The notes beneath the pieces are model-generated. The model ran no database searches. It worked only from the letters and a program-made list of their open reading frames with translations, and had not been told where the DNA came from. The position numbers and the translations under genes are program-made. From assembly GCF_006345805.1 (NCBI RefSeq), contig NC_043002.1:26226001-26290000 (forward strand): a stretch of 64,000 nt of DNA, given 5' to 3'. Positions 13,597-25,693 of the stretch are shown one piece after another (position 1 is the stretch's first letter; each line of letters starts with the position of its first letter). The DNA comes from Octopus sinensis (Eukaryota).

Positions 13597-14453
13597 AACT
13601 TGTATGTGGATTACGTCTAGAGTAGGAATATTTGTTAGAAATATATGTGTCCATATATACATCGGTGTATGTGGATATATTCTATTTAATCCATATGTTT
13701 GTATATCATATTATGTCATATTTCACTTAATTGTATCGTATTATATTGTCTATATCTGTTTTATAAACACTTAGAATGCATATAAGAATATTCATAGTGC
13801 ATATACAAATAGATATATGAATGTACCTTTTATATTTATTTTACTTTATTCTATTGTGCCTCTTGGAATAATAAGTGTGTATATAAGAAACTGATATTTG
13901 TGCATATATAAATGTATATATACATATATAACTGTATATGTATGGGAAATATAAATGTAGATATGGATATATACATGCATATGTATGGGAAACCATGAGA
14001 AACAGTCTCTTCTTTCACTTATCTTGGTTCCATTGTATCCAACGATGCGAAGTTGGATAAAGTAATTGTATATATGAAATAATCATTTAGATAGATGGCC
14101 TGAAATTTGTGGAAAATGGGTAGTAGTTGATTCCATCGACCCTAGTCTTTCACTGTGACTTATTTCATCAGCCAGTCCCCAATAGATAAAAGGCAAAGTT
14201 GACATGGGCGGAATTTGTACTCAGAAAGAATAAAGTTTTGTAAAGCATTTTTTCGGCGTATTAAGGGATTTGCCATCTCGCCGGCTTATATATATATATA
14301 TAGAGAGAGATAGATATATACATATAATACGTGAAGATTCCTAGTTCTAGTTACCTAATGTATGAAACTACCTAGAGGGTGAAGTTCCTGCTTGTTTTCT
14401 AAGTATATTGCGTACTTTTCTAAGAAACCTGATTTGTACACGTGGCACATTTA

Positions 14454-15353
14454 CGTGGTCTGATCAATAAGCGTCCGTACTGTTGCTGTCCCTACTCTCC
14501 GTAATGAAGCTAAAGCACGCAGAGTGAATCCGCTTCGCAAAGATTGACCTTGAACTCTGCTGTGTATGCGCTCTAGGTTCTAACGTTCTAGCTCAATTTC
14601 GCTGTTCACAGCAGTGTTTGGAAGGAGGGTATGTAGCGTGTGATCGTCGTATTGAGCAAGACAGAGAAAGTTGAGCAGATAATCTGCATCAAATTTTGCA
14701 AAAAGCTTGGCGATACATGTTCTGAGGCATAGACAAAGTTTTCAAAATATTTTCATCGTTCTTGACACAATCAAGGAGATCTTGAGCAACTGAAACCCGA
14801 CAGTCATTTTGGTCAGCTGGAAGTAGTTTTGACACGGACTTGGTAGACATGCGTCTCGTACCCAAACCTTCAGTGATAATGGACTGAAATAAACCGTAAC
14901 TAATCAGCACATCCTCTAATAACTCACGGATAGGGATTCAACAATTCCCCCTCACAGCTGCACGCACATCCAGAATGTTCTCTTAGTTCTTCTGGTCGCA
15001 TGTTTCCTAGGATGTTTGCCACTATCGACATTTTTTCATCCATTCTGGAAACGTCTGACCCAATTGTATATTTGTGTGCGGCTCATACACTCCTCTCCAT
15101 ACACTTTCTGCAACTTGATATAGGCCTCTGAGCAGGTCACTATGACAACATTCTCTGTCTTCGTCAATATGACGACCACACGTTTCACGCATGACTTCGA
15201 AGGACTGCTGTAAACAACGGAAGTGAGCTAGAACGTTAAAACTTAGTGCACACTCACAGCATATCATGGTCAATCTGTGTCAGGCAGCTATACTTTGCGT
15301 GCTTTATCTTCGTTACTATGGCAACAATCTGGATACTTATTGATGAGATCTCG
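14454..15353. mobile_element. Rearranged mariner element built from two inverted 5' ends
   Basis: Termini CGTGGTCTGATCAATAAG / CTTATTGATGAGATCTCG; 14510-14625 is the inverted match of 15197-15308. The + strand encodes TEKVEQIICIKFCKKLGDTCSEA and the - strand a longer transposase N-terminus (GLGTRRMSTKSVSKLL, VAQDLLD). Confidence 0.8.
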
Positions 15354-17563
15354 TGCATGAAAAGCTCACTGCATGAAGTGATATTTTGTACCGATTTGTT
15401 TTAGCTCTTGATAGGATTATAACACAAAGTGCCACTCTATGACCATTCATTCATTCTGGTGTATTTTCCAAATGCTTAATTTTATATATTCTATCTTTCA
15501 TTTTGTCAAAGTGCATCGAGTACTATATTCCACAGTCTATCATCTTTGGTTTAAAACTATAGTGTGAGATTTTCCCGCCATTTAAAAATATGTGTGCCCA
15601 TGTAAATGATACCCTGCTGACTCAAGACCCCGCAACGACACATACTTAACGACATGTAACTCCAGTAATTTCATTCCTGTTCGAAATGTCATGAATTCGA
15701 ACCAATATTCTGAAAATATTTTAAGACACAGTAGTGAAGTATGTGTAATGTACACCCAGTCAGATTGCTAATGTTATGCAGAGTAATATTATATGTGAAA
15801 TATAGCAATATTTCTGCGATTCAATTCGAAAACAGTCGCCAACGCTTTCGCCACAAAACTTTAATATTTGGTTGTAAAAATAAACACAAAACGAACAGTA
15901 ACACATTCTAAGAAAAAAACTATTACTTGAAAATTATTTTTTCTAAAATTCACTTTGAATGATTTTAAAAAATAGTTTTCTCGCTTGCTGAAATTTTTAC
16001 AGACGTATATCTTTTCTAATTATGAGCATTCATGCGAAAAACTTTAAAAAAAAACCCTGCATCTATATTAACAAATGCGGCATCTGATTCCAGTAAGATA
16101 ATTGTGCAAACAACACCTACATACCTGGAAAAAGATTATGTGTATTCACGCGACAGAGAAAGTGTAATTATCTATGCAGACAGACACACACACACACACA
16201 CACACACAGACACAGACACAGACACAGACACACGCGCAGACACACACACACAAACACACACACACGCACACACACACACACACACACACGTTAGCTTAGA
16301 CGTTTCTCAGGTCAATGGTAATATTCTCATTGAGCAGAACTTTACTTCTTAGTTGGCGAAAGAAAATGATGACTAAGCAGTATTTTGAAGAAACTTTCAA
16401 GAAATAGGGCGCGAAAATAATAACCTGCGGTTTAGAATTAATTTTCTATGAAAATATTATTATTTTATCTTTGTTATCAATCACGATGATACTTTCTGAT
16501 GTTTCGATTTAAGTGGCCTCGTCGGTGATACATATTCATCTCGAGTCTACTAGATCAGTGGGAATAGAAACAGATATGAACAATTTTCGCCAGCAGTAAT
16601 GTGTAGTATATAAAGAAAGATGATTTAAGGGAAATAAATCAAGCAAACAAAAGACATAAATATGGATCGGACTGGGGTTAAATATAATAAATGTCGAACT
16701 CACTGAGTGATACACACATAAGTATAATACACCAGATCAAGAATGAATTAAAATATTAGAAAACCTTAGTTTAAGAAGAAATTATGAGAATATAAAGACA
16801 TTTATGTTATGGTTTCCATGCGCACAGCTGAGATAAGGCATACTGTATATACTTTCCTGATAGACCTCGTAGAATCTACCACTGAAATTTAGCAGTCATA
16901 AATTTAGTTATAACTGTACTGGACACATTAACAAGCATATTTTAGTTTTGAGGACTCGTCATTAATGAAACAATATGTGCGTGTGTTTCTGTGTGAATGT
17001 TTGTATATCTGTGTGTGAGGAGGTAGGTATGTGTGTTTATGTGTTTGTATTTATGCATGTATGCGTGTATATGCTCGCAGAAGTTTAATCCGTACCCGTG
17101 AATCCGACAATACGTATGCAGTTTCATGTGAAGACATCATCACGCAATCACGCGCATACACATACAAATACGGACATATATCTATATGTATGTATGTATG
17201 TATGTATGCATGTATGTATGTATGTATGTATGTATGTATCTATGATCGTCTGTTGAGTCACCAGAAGCGATAAATTACAGGACTCAGTACAAAATGTAGA
17301 ATATTCTTTTGGGCATTATAACAGAGAGGCATCGATTTCTAGTAATTAGAGTCGCTCGTTTCTCGTATTCAGCTGGAAAATTGAGGCCGGTCCATTTTTG
17401 AATATTAGCTGCCTGTATATTGTTTGAAAAATGAAATGAGACTGTGCATACATAAAAATATGCATACAGTGTTTATTCAAAAGAAAACACGGGTTGGTTT
17501 ACCTGCTGATGATTAGAGACGAGTAATTCCGAGTGCTGGAAATCGCAACCTTTCACTTATGTA

Positions 17564-18801
17564 TAGGTCAAGTGTGAAATTTGTAGGAAAGAAGAAAAGT
17601 TTGCTAATGTTTTAGAAATGCAAGAAATAGTTTTATCCATCAAAGTATGCACCCATTTTGTAAATACACTTTTACCATTTCAGCGGTAGCTTGTCCAACC
17701 CAGATGTATAAATGCCTGGCAATCTAGAGTCAATAAAATCTTGGAAGGCCTGTTTTACAACATCGTCGGAATTATTTTTTTCACTATCAAAAAGTTATCC
17801 AAATTCTGGAAGAAGTGGTACTCAGTGAGAGAATGATCAGGTGAGTATGGTGGATGATGGAGAACTTCCAACTTCAGCACCTGTAGCTTCGTCAATGTCA
17901 TTTTTGCGATGCGTGGTCTGGCATTTTCTTGTAATAAAATAGGAGTGGATCTGTTGACTAATCGAGGCTGTTTTTTTTTGTAAGTTTGTGCATCATTTTG
18001 GTCCAGTTGGCCACAGTATACTTCGGCCGTGATTGATCACCCAGGTTTAATGAAATCTTAATGGATCACACCTGCGCCAGACTACCAAATACGCACCAGG
18101 TGCTTCTTTTGATGAACTTTGTTTTTTGGACTGTGTTTTGATGATTCGTTTTTGTTCAACCATTGCGCTGAACGTATACGGTTGTATTGGATCCATTTCT
18201 CATCGCAAGAAATTAGCATCCTGTGGGCTTCCAAACGTTGCTGTTTCTGATTTTCATTGAGTTCATGTGGAATCCACTTATCCAACTTTTTCACTTTACC
18301 AATTTGAACTAGGTGTGTCAATATTGTTTGCTTGCTAACAACAGACAACAACGATAATTAACAGGCACTCTGGGATGAATCTGACTCGACTGTGGCTTTC
18401 AGTTCATCATTATCCACTTTGGTTTCTGGTCGACCGCGTTGATCATTAGTGAGATCAAAGATACCAGAACGAAATTTTGCAAACCAATTTGACACTATCT
18501 GGTGTGTAATAACATCAGACTGAAATACTCTATTAATATTCCGAGCTGTCTGTGATACTGTATTTCCGAGAAAGAACTGATATTTCAAAACTCTATCAAT
18601 TTCCAACTTATCCATCTCTAAACAAAAATAGCAAAAGCGATTTATAAATACTTTCTAAAGCGCAAAATAAGTTACAGCAAAGGAATAGATGTGTCAGTAT
18701 TCTAATAAAAAAATAAAGATAGTCAAAATATAATAATGGCGCAAAATGAGCAGCTGTCAAATTTTACCATATGCCTTTCTACAAATTTTATACTTGACGA
18801 T
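17564..18801 (-). mobile_element. mariner transposon (Hsmar1/cecropia-like), near full length, decayed
   Basis: TIR pair CAAGTGTGAAATTTGTAG / CTACAAATTTTATACTTG around the transposase remnant. Confidence 0.9.
17633..18615 (-). pseudogene. mariner transposase pseudogene
   Basis: ORF pieces 18358-18615 and 18082-18351 (NWFAKFRSG, RGRPET, GKVKKLDKWIPHELNE, SCDEKWIQY), downstream ENARP and HPPYSPDHSLTEYHFF; stops and frameshifts. Confidence 0.88.
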
Positions 18802-18924
18802 TTAACATTTTCAAACACACCTCACACACACACACACACACATACACACACACATACACACACGCACACGTACGCACGCGCGCGCACACACACACACACA
18901 CACATACGTAGTGCATCTGGTTCA

Positions 18925-19250
18925 AACTTCGGCAAACTATTTGGGCGGATACAGTCTTTCCACTAAGAGAAGACATTTCCTGGGCCAAAGACGAAGTGAT
19001 ACGATGCCTGCAATCCATCACGTAACGGTGAATGTATCGAATATCACACGCAGTTAAATTAGAAGGTTGACCAAGACGATGTTTGTGGCTTAGCCGTCCC
19101 GTAGCTTTATACTACTCTATTACTTGGGCAAATATGTTTACGCTAGTAGGTATTCGTTTGCTAATTAACTTGTATCCTGATCCATTTTCTTAAAATCTCC
19201 AGACAATCCTTTTCCTTTTGGTGCCATTTTAATCAAAATAAAGATTTTTA
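18925..19250 (-). mobile_element. Tc1-like 5' fragment
   Basis: MAPKGKGLS N-terminus and a GRxSHK-like linker on the minus strand; no matching second end seen. Confidence 0.45.
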
Positions 19251-19625
19251 CCACGGTACACAAATCAGAATTCCTGCAGATGCAATAGCAATGTCTGATA
19301 CAAAAATACCAGGAGAAATAATTTATTAGAATTGAAATTACTAGCAATATCTGAATTTAGTAAAAAGAGTATTGAATATAGCAAATTTCCTTTAAGGTGT
19401 ACATATTTTTGTAACATGTGACAATTAATATTTCTTTCATATCTTTGAATATGTTTATCGTTTTGTGTTCCAAATTTGTATAATGTTTGCACGTATAATA
19501 TATTTTATTCAGTATAAACTTCGTTTGATTTCCTTCGATGTTAGCAGAGTAATGGCAATTTTACTGAAAATTTTCAAGAATGCACATACTTCTGTGAGAC
19601 ACTGTATATATGTATATATAAGTAT

Positions 19626-19862
19626 GGTAGACGGAAACTGAAAGAAGACCGTCGTATATACGTGTATATTTGTGTGTGTGTCCGTGTTTGTACCCCAACG
19701 ATCGCTTGACAACTGATGTTGGTGTGATTACGTCCCCGTAACTGAGCGGTTCGACCGATAGAATAAGTAGTAGGCTTACAAAGAATAAATTCTGCAGTCA
19801 GTCTGTTCGACTAAAGGCGGCGATCCAGCAAGGTCGCAGTCAAATAACTGAAACAAAAGAAT
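19626..19862 (+). mobile_element. 5'-truncated SINE, same family as 62108-62490
   Basis: GGTAGACGGAAACTGAAAGAAG...ACGTCCCCGTAACTGAGCGGTTCG..CCGATAGAATAAGTA..TTCGACTAAAGGCGG matches the reverse complement of 62108-62360. Confidence 0.85.
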
Positions 19863-20494
19863 AAAAAAAAACTATGCCATTTTAATCACTAGTAGTAAAT
19901 AAAGTTTGAATTATCGATAAGACGTGTCTTCTTTGTACCGTATAACTGGGTTCTATCTTCACTGGTAAAAATTCTCAAATTGTTTTTGTAGCCTAATATT
20001 TACACGCCATTATTTATAGCATTATCTACTTCCATTTCAGCCGTTAAAAGTAAAAGAACGAAGAGTTCTTTCTTGAACTTTCTAATCTCCTATGCTATAA
20101 GCGTTATATGAGTAATCCTATAAATAATGAACCAGCATGTACTCATGTATACACATATAATATATACAAATATATCTGCGTTTACGTGTGCGTGTTCTAT
20201 GTGTGAATGTATGAGTATATGCATGCATCGATGTATTTAAAAATATTGGGCATTTAGACAGTGAATTACATTATCTGTAGGCTAAAGTTGGAATTAGTTA
20301 ATATATAAATAGTAATAGATTCAATAAGTGAAAGCAACGTACTATGTGTACTGAAATTGGTTGGAACGTTTGCAGATAGACACGCTACTTTAACGCTTTT
20401 ACATTTACAGTAAAAGTGATTTACCCCTTATCTGACTCTGTATGTCTATCTGTCTATCTCTCTGTGTACAAATGCACATGCATTTATATTATTG

Positions 20495-20717
20495 TGAGGG
20501 ATCGCCATGATAGATCGTTAGCCACTACACACATTGTTTCCTCTCCTTGTTTCTCTCCTTGCTTTTTTTCTGTGTCCCTTTCTGTAGAAGAGCGTAGGCT
20601 CGAAACGTACAATACCTTTTCAATTCCTGAGCGTTATACAAATACATCTGTTTGTTTTGTACACCGCCTGTCTTCCTCTTTTTTTTTCGTGAACTCTCCT
20701 CCTATATATATATATAT

Positions 20718-20750
<33 letters not shown>

Positions 20751-21097
20751 TATCCAACACCATCACACCACTACACCTTACACCACCATACCACACAATA
20801 CATCACAACACATCAACATGCACATGCAAACTCTCTTATACACACGCACGCACCACCACTTTGTTATCTCCCCTTCTCCCTAGCCCTTCTGTGTGACCCT
20901 TCTGTCCGGCCTGAGCCATCATAGATCGCTAGCCACTGCACATTCTTTATTTTCTCTCCTTGTTTCTTTTTGTATCCCTTTCTGTGGAAGAGCGTAGGCT
21001 CGAAACGTTAAAGACTTTTCACTTACCGAGCGTTATACTGGTACATCTGTTTGTTGTCTTTTGCTTTTGTGCGAAATCTCCATATATATATATATAT

Positions 21098-21130
<33 letters not shown>

Positions 21131-21462
21131 TATCCCAACACCATCACACCACTACACCTTACACCACCATACCACACAATACATCACAACACATCAACAT
21201 GCACATGCAAACTCTCTTATACACACGCACGCACCACCACTTTGTTATCTCCCCTTCTCCCTAGCCCTTCTGTGTGACCCTTCTGTCCGGCCTGAGCCAT
21301 CATAGATCGCTAGCCACTGCACATTCTTTATTTTCTCTCCTTGTTTCTTTTTGTATCCCTTTCTGTGGAAGAGCGTAGGCTCGAAACGTTAAAGACTTTT
21401 CACTTACCGAGCGTTATACTGGTACATCTGTTTGTTGTCTTTTGCTTTTGTGCGAAATCTCC

Positions 21463-21463
<1 letters not shown>
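20495..21463 (+). repeat. Tandem array of a hammerhead-bearing element: one diverged copy plus two near-identical 381 bp units
   Basis: GAAGAGCGTAGGCTCGAAACGT occurs at ~20587, ~20987 and ~21368 (spacing 400, 381); 20703-21082 is repeated at 21083-21463 including its internal microsatellite. Confidence 0.9.
20978..21013 (+). ncRNA. Minimal hammerhead-like motif with CUGUNGA core (also 20578-20613 and 21359-21394)
   Basis: CUUU CUGUGGA A GAGC-GUAG-GCUC GAAA CG UU AAAG: 4 bp stem I, perfect stem II, stem III reduced to palindromic AACGUU; A6 replaced by U in all three copies. Confidence 0.6.
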
Positions 21464-21493
<30 letters not shown>

Positions 21494-21750
21494 TCGTCCG
21501 TTACTAGTGAGAGATTATCAATCCGGCTAAAATACTTTATAAGCTTTCTGTTGGTATACTAGGCTAACATTATTGTTTAGATTAGTAAAGAAATCGGCAT
21601 ATACTTATGGCAGTAGCCAAGCTATAGTTAAGTTATAGTTCATCACCATCTTATGTTGTAAATTCGGTAGTTGAGTCCCAGTTATAGTGGGTTTTTACAC
21701 AGTGTTATAAAAGGAAAGATATATACACAAGATATAGACAGGACAAGAAA

Positions 21751-21872
21751 TGACTCTGACGAAAGTAGCTTTAAATTTTAGCTCATTCAGTTTTCTCAAC
21801 CGTTTAATGGACAGTTTGAGTAATCCTATCAAAAACGAACTTATAATGATAACTGGAAACAACTGTATGTCA
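21751..21872 (+). ncRNA. Degenerate type I hammerhead with ~90 nt stem II insert, within a ~450 bp element between (TA)n tracts
   Basis: UGACU CUGACGA ... GAAA C-AACU-G UA UGUCA; stem I UGAC/GUCA; stem II pairing weak. Confidence 0.5.
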
Positions 21873-21936
21873 AATTCTCTGCAATAAAGAAAAAAATATG
21901 TAATGACCATTATTTATACGTTGTCTCTTATTCTTC

Positions 21937-21992
<56 letters not shown>

Positions 21993-22072
21993 AGGTGCTG
22001 CAAATTTAGGGTGAATACTTGATAAGTGTAAGCACCTGTATACGCCAGCTAGTGGCAGAGGTTAGAGGGAAG

Positions 22073-22191
22073 AGGATGTCGCGGTACACGTGTTATATCG
22101 ATTATACACTTTTATATTTTTTATATCTATTATACACTGATGTAAGAACAGGTCGTTTATAAACCTTGAAACACGTGTACCGCGACATCCT
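22073..22191. repeat. Perfect 22 bp inverted repeat containing a hammerhead 3' half
   Basis: AGGATGTCGCGGTACACGTGTT (22073-22094) / AACACGTGTACCGCGACATCCT (22170-22191); the right arm is part of GAAA-C-ACGT-G-TA-CCGC. Confidence 0.85.
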
Positions 22192-22402
22192 TTGTTTCTG
22201 TTTTTGATTTCATTTGATATATATAAGTATGTATATATATATATATGTATAAATATTCAATAAAGGGTGGAATATAATTAGTTTAATAAAATTAATCAAT
22301 TTCACCTAGTAGAATTGTCGGTATGGAAAAGACCATATTTGGTAAGGGTTATAATAATTATAATAAAGGGTTAAATGCAACAAGTTGCTCAAAACCACAT
22401 AC

Positions 22403-22513
22403 CGAAAATATTAGAAATAGCAGCCAAAATTGGTCAGTATTTCCTCTACTAGGTGACTTTTTACTAGTAGAGGTAATACTGACCAATTTTGGCTGCTATT
22501 TCTAATATTTTCG
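22403..22513. repeat. ~50 bp-arm hairpin (one mismatch, 11 nt spacer) abutting (TA)n
   Basis: CGAAAATATTAGAAATAGCAGCCAAAATTGGTCAGTAT...CTACTAG and its reverse complement at 22464-22513. Confidence 0.92.
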
Positions 22514-22544
22514 CTATATATATGTATATATATATATATATATG

Positions 22545-22659
<115 letters not shown>

Positions 22660-23384
22660 ATATGTATATATACAAACACACACAAACACAACCGATATAT
22701 TACTACAGTTCTAATACAGCGGAATAAACCCTTTCAACCAGATGCCCTAGAATGTCTGCGTTTGAACATACAGTAAATGACTAAAATATTACGCAAAATA
22801 TACTTAGACACTTTTTTATGTAAGCTTGTTTTTGACACAAACATTTTCTCATTCGGAGTAGCGCAGAATCCTCTGGATGTTGGACGACTGATTGGGTGCT
22901 CCAGTATTGTACACCCATTACCCGTCTTCCAGCATTCAGTGGACACCTCATATTTAGATATTGCTGAATACCTGGTCAACTGATTGGTTGGCAGCTTGAT
23001 TGGTGTTTGGAATGATTGTTTGGTAGATTGGTTGGCTGGTTGGTTGGTTGGGTTGATTGGTTGTTTACATGGCTATTGGTTGGCTAATTGATGGTTGGTG
23101 CCTTGTTGATTGGCTTGGGGGTCTGCAGGTTACAAAGCTCTGTTTGCCTGGATATTGTTTTCTTTCTTCAGCCATGGCTGTTTATTAGTCAGTAAAGAGA
23201 CATTTATACATAAAGAGAGAGAGAGAGAGGGGAGAGAGGGGAGAGAGAGGGGGAGAGAGGGGAGAGAGAGAGAGAGAGAGAGAGGTGAAAGAAGAACATA
23301 CTATAGCGCACAACAGGCACATTTGTTATCCATTCTGAAACGATGAGGCACGGCGGTTTAACCAGTCTGCTTATTCACCGCCTC

Positions 23385-23860
23385 GTATGTATGTATGTAT
23401 GTATGTATGTATGTATGTATGTATGTATGTATGTATGTATGTATGCATGCATGCATGTATGTATGTATGTATGTATGTATGTATGCGTGTATGTATGCAT
23501 GTACGTATGTATGCATACATGTATGTATGCATGTATGTATGTATGTATGTATGTATGCATGTATGTATGTATGTATACATGTATGTATGCTTGTATGTAT
23601 GTATGTACGTATGTATGTATGTATGAATGTATGTATGTATGTATGCATGCATATATGTAAGTATGTATGTATGTATATATGTATGCATGCATGTATGAAT
23701 GTATGTATGTATTTTGTACGTATGTATGTATGTATGTATGTATGTATGTATGATGTATGTATGTATGTATGTATGTATGTATGTATGCATGTATGTATGT
23801 AAGTATGTATGTATGCATGCTTGTATATATGTAAGTACGTATGTATGTATGTATGTATGT
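23385..23860. repeat. Degenerate (ATGT)n microsatellite
   Basis: Seen directly; explains the MYVC/HTYI ORFs. Confidence 0.97.
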
Positions 23861-23880
23861 ATTATGTATCTATGTGCATG

Positions 23881-24230
23881 TGTTAGTGGGTAAGTTTGTA
23901 TTTGCGCGTGAATGTGCCGCGTGTGTACTGCAGTAAAAACTATAGTTGCCAGAACATAACGTCTTTTCTCTAAGTACGTTGATCTCTATAGATTACGTAC
24001 TGTGATATCATTCATCTTGTGAGAAACAACACGGTTTATCATTCATCTTGTGAGAAACAACACGGTTTATTATAAACCGTGTTGTTTCTCACAAGATGAA
24101 TGATATCACAGTACGTAATCTATAGATATCAATGTACTTAGAGACAAGACGTTATGTTCTGGCAACTATAGTTTTTACTGCAGTACACACGCGGCACATT
24201 CACGCGCAAATACAAACTTACCCACTAACA
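23881..24230. repeat. ~350 bp near-perfect palindrome with a 31 bp tandem duplication beside the centre
   Basis: Left arm 23881-24070, right arm 24072-24230, centre GGTTTAT-T-ATAAACC, about 3 mismatches; TCATTCATCTTGTGAGAAACAACACGGTTTA is duplicated only in the left arm. Confidence 0.95.
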
Positions 24231-24396
24231 CATATGAACCAATCAAATATCGACAGCATTTGGGGTGGGGCATTAAGTAGCCTTTTAGGCATTACGTAGC
24301 ATTTGCATCTCGGGTGAAAAAAACCCCAAAACACCACTATACATTTTGTTTGAATGCACCCCGATGTGCACAAATGTCATTATTGGTGTTAGTGTT

Positions 24397-24460
<64 letters not shown>

Positions 24461-24466
<6 letters not shown>

Positions 24467-25578
24467 TAAAGGCTCCTAAATTAGGATGCCGAGTGCTGGG
24501 AACACAAAAAGAAGATGAATTTATCGAGAGTGAAAATCAAAAACATATACCGATAACTTTACACCTCGGACTGATCAGTTTCTGCCTCTTTCTAGCAAAA
24601 CACAGAATATGTTTGCTAAGGCTGGCTTTATCAACGAGTCGCCTAAATTGAATCGAGGTCTGCAGCGATGTGAGAACATGTGTCGATCTCGACTACTAGT
24701 AGATCTTAACTTTTCAAATCTCTGCGCAGACGCAAAACCTACACGGCAGTATAGGGCATGCCGGGAAGAATTTTACGAATAAATCCATCATGTAGATATG
24801 CGAATATAAACAAGAAGGGTAGAAATATTAGTTACAACCAGGTACCCTTAGCAAACATATTCTGTGTTTTGCTAGAAAGAGGCAGAAACTGATCAGTCCG
24901 AGGTGTAAAGTTATCGGTAAATGTTTTTGATTTTCACTCTCGATAAATTCATCTTCTTTTTGTGTTCCCAGCACTCGGCATCCTAATTTAGGAGCCTTTA
25001 ATTGTATTACTACATGAATAATATTTTTCTATACGAATAATATTTTTGTCTTATGACTGATTCGTCTTTTGTGCTGGGCACCTGGTAGTAACTAATATTT
25101 CTACCCTTCTTGTTTATATTCGCATATTTACATGATGGATTTATTCGTAAAATTATTCCCGGCATGCCCTATACTGCCGTGTAGGTTTTGCGTCTGCGCA
25201 GAGATTTGAAAAGTTAAGATCTGCTGGTAGTCGAGATCGACACATGTTCTCACATCGCTGCAGACCTCGATTCAATTTAGGCGACTCGTTGATAAAGCCA
25301 GCCTTAGCAAACATATTCTGTGTTTTGCTAGAAAGAGGCAGAAACTGATCAGTCCGAGGTGTAAAGTTATCGGTAAATGTTTTTGATTTTCACTCTCGAT
25401 AAATTCATCTTCTTTTTGTGTTCCCAGCACTCGGCATCCTAATTTAGGAGCCTTTAATTGTATTACTACATGAATAATATTTTTCTATACGAATAATATT
25501 TTTGTCTTATGACTGATTTGTCTTTTGTGCTGGGCACCTGGTAGTAACTAATATTTCTACCCTTCTTGTTTATATTCG
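24461..25578. mobile_element. Retrozyme/Penelope-like non-autonomous insertion: 456 bp unit, ~1.6 tandem copies on + preceded by an inverted copy, inside (TA)n
   Basis: CCTTAGCAAACATATTC at 24846 and 25302 (period 456); 24461-24845 is the reverse complement of the unit; (TA)n on both sides; no ORF; carries a hammerhead fold. Confidence 0.85.
25285..25358 (+). ncRNA. Type I hammerhead with U3-A8 core (inverted copy at 24565-24638)
   Basis: CUCG UUGAUAA A GCC...(UAGCAAA..UUUGCUA hairpin)...GGC A GAAA C-UGAUCA-G UC CGAG: stem I CUCG/CGAG, palindromic stem III, GUC triplet. Confidence 0.72.
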
Positions 25579-25662
25579 TATATATATATATATACTCGAC
25601 ACATCTTCAAAGTTCATCTGACGGTTTATTCAAGCATTCTGTGTGAATGTTGTGCGTGACTC

Positions 25663-25693
<31 letters not shown>

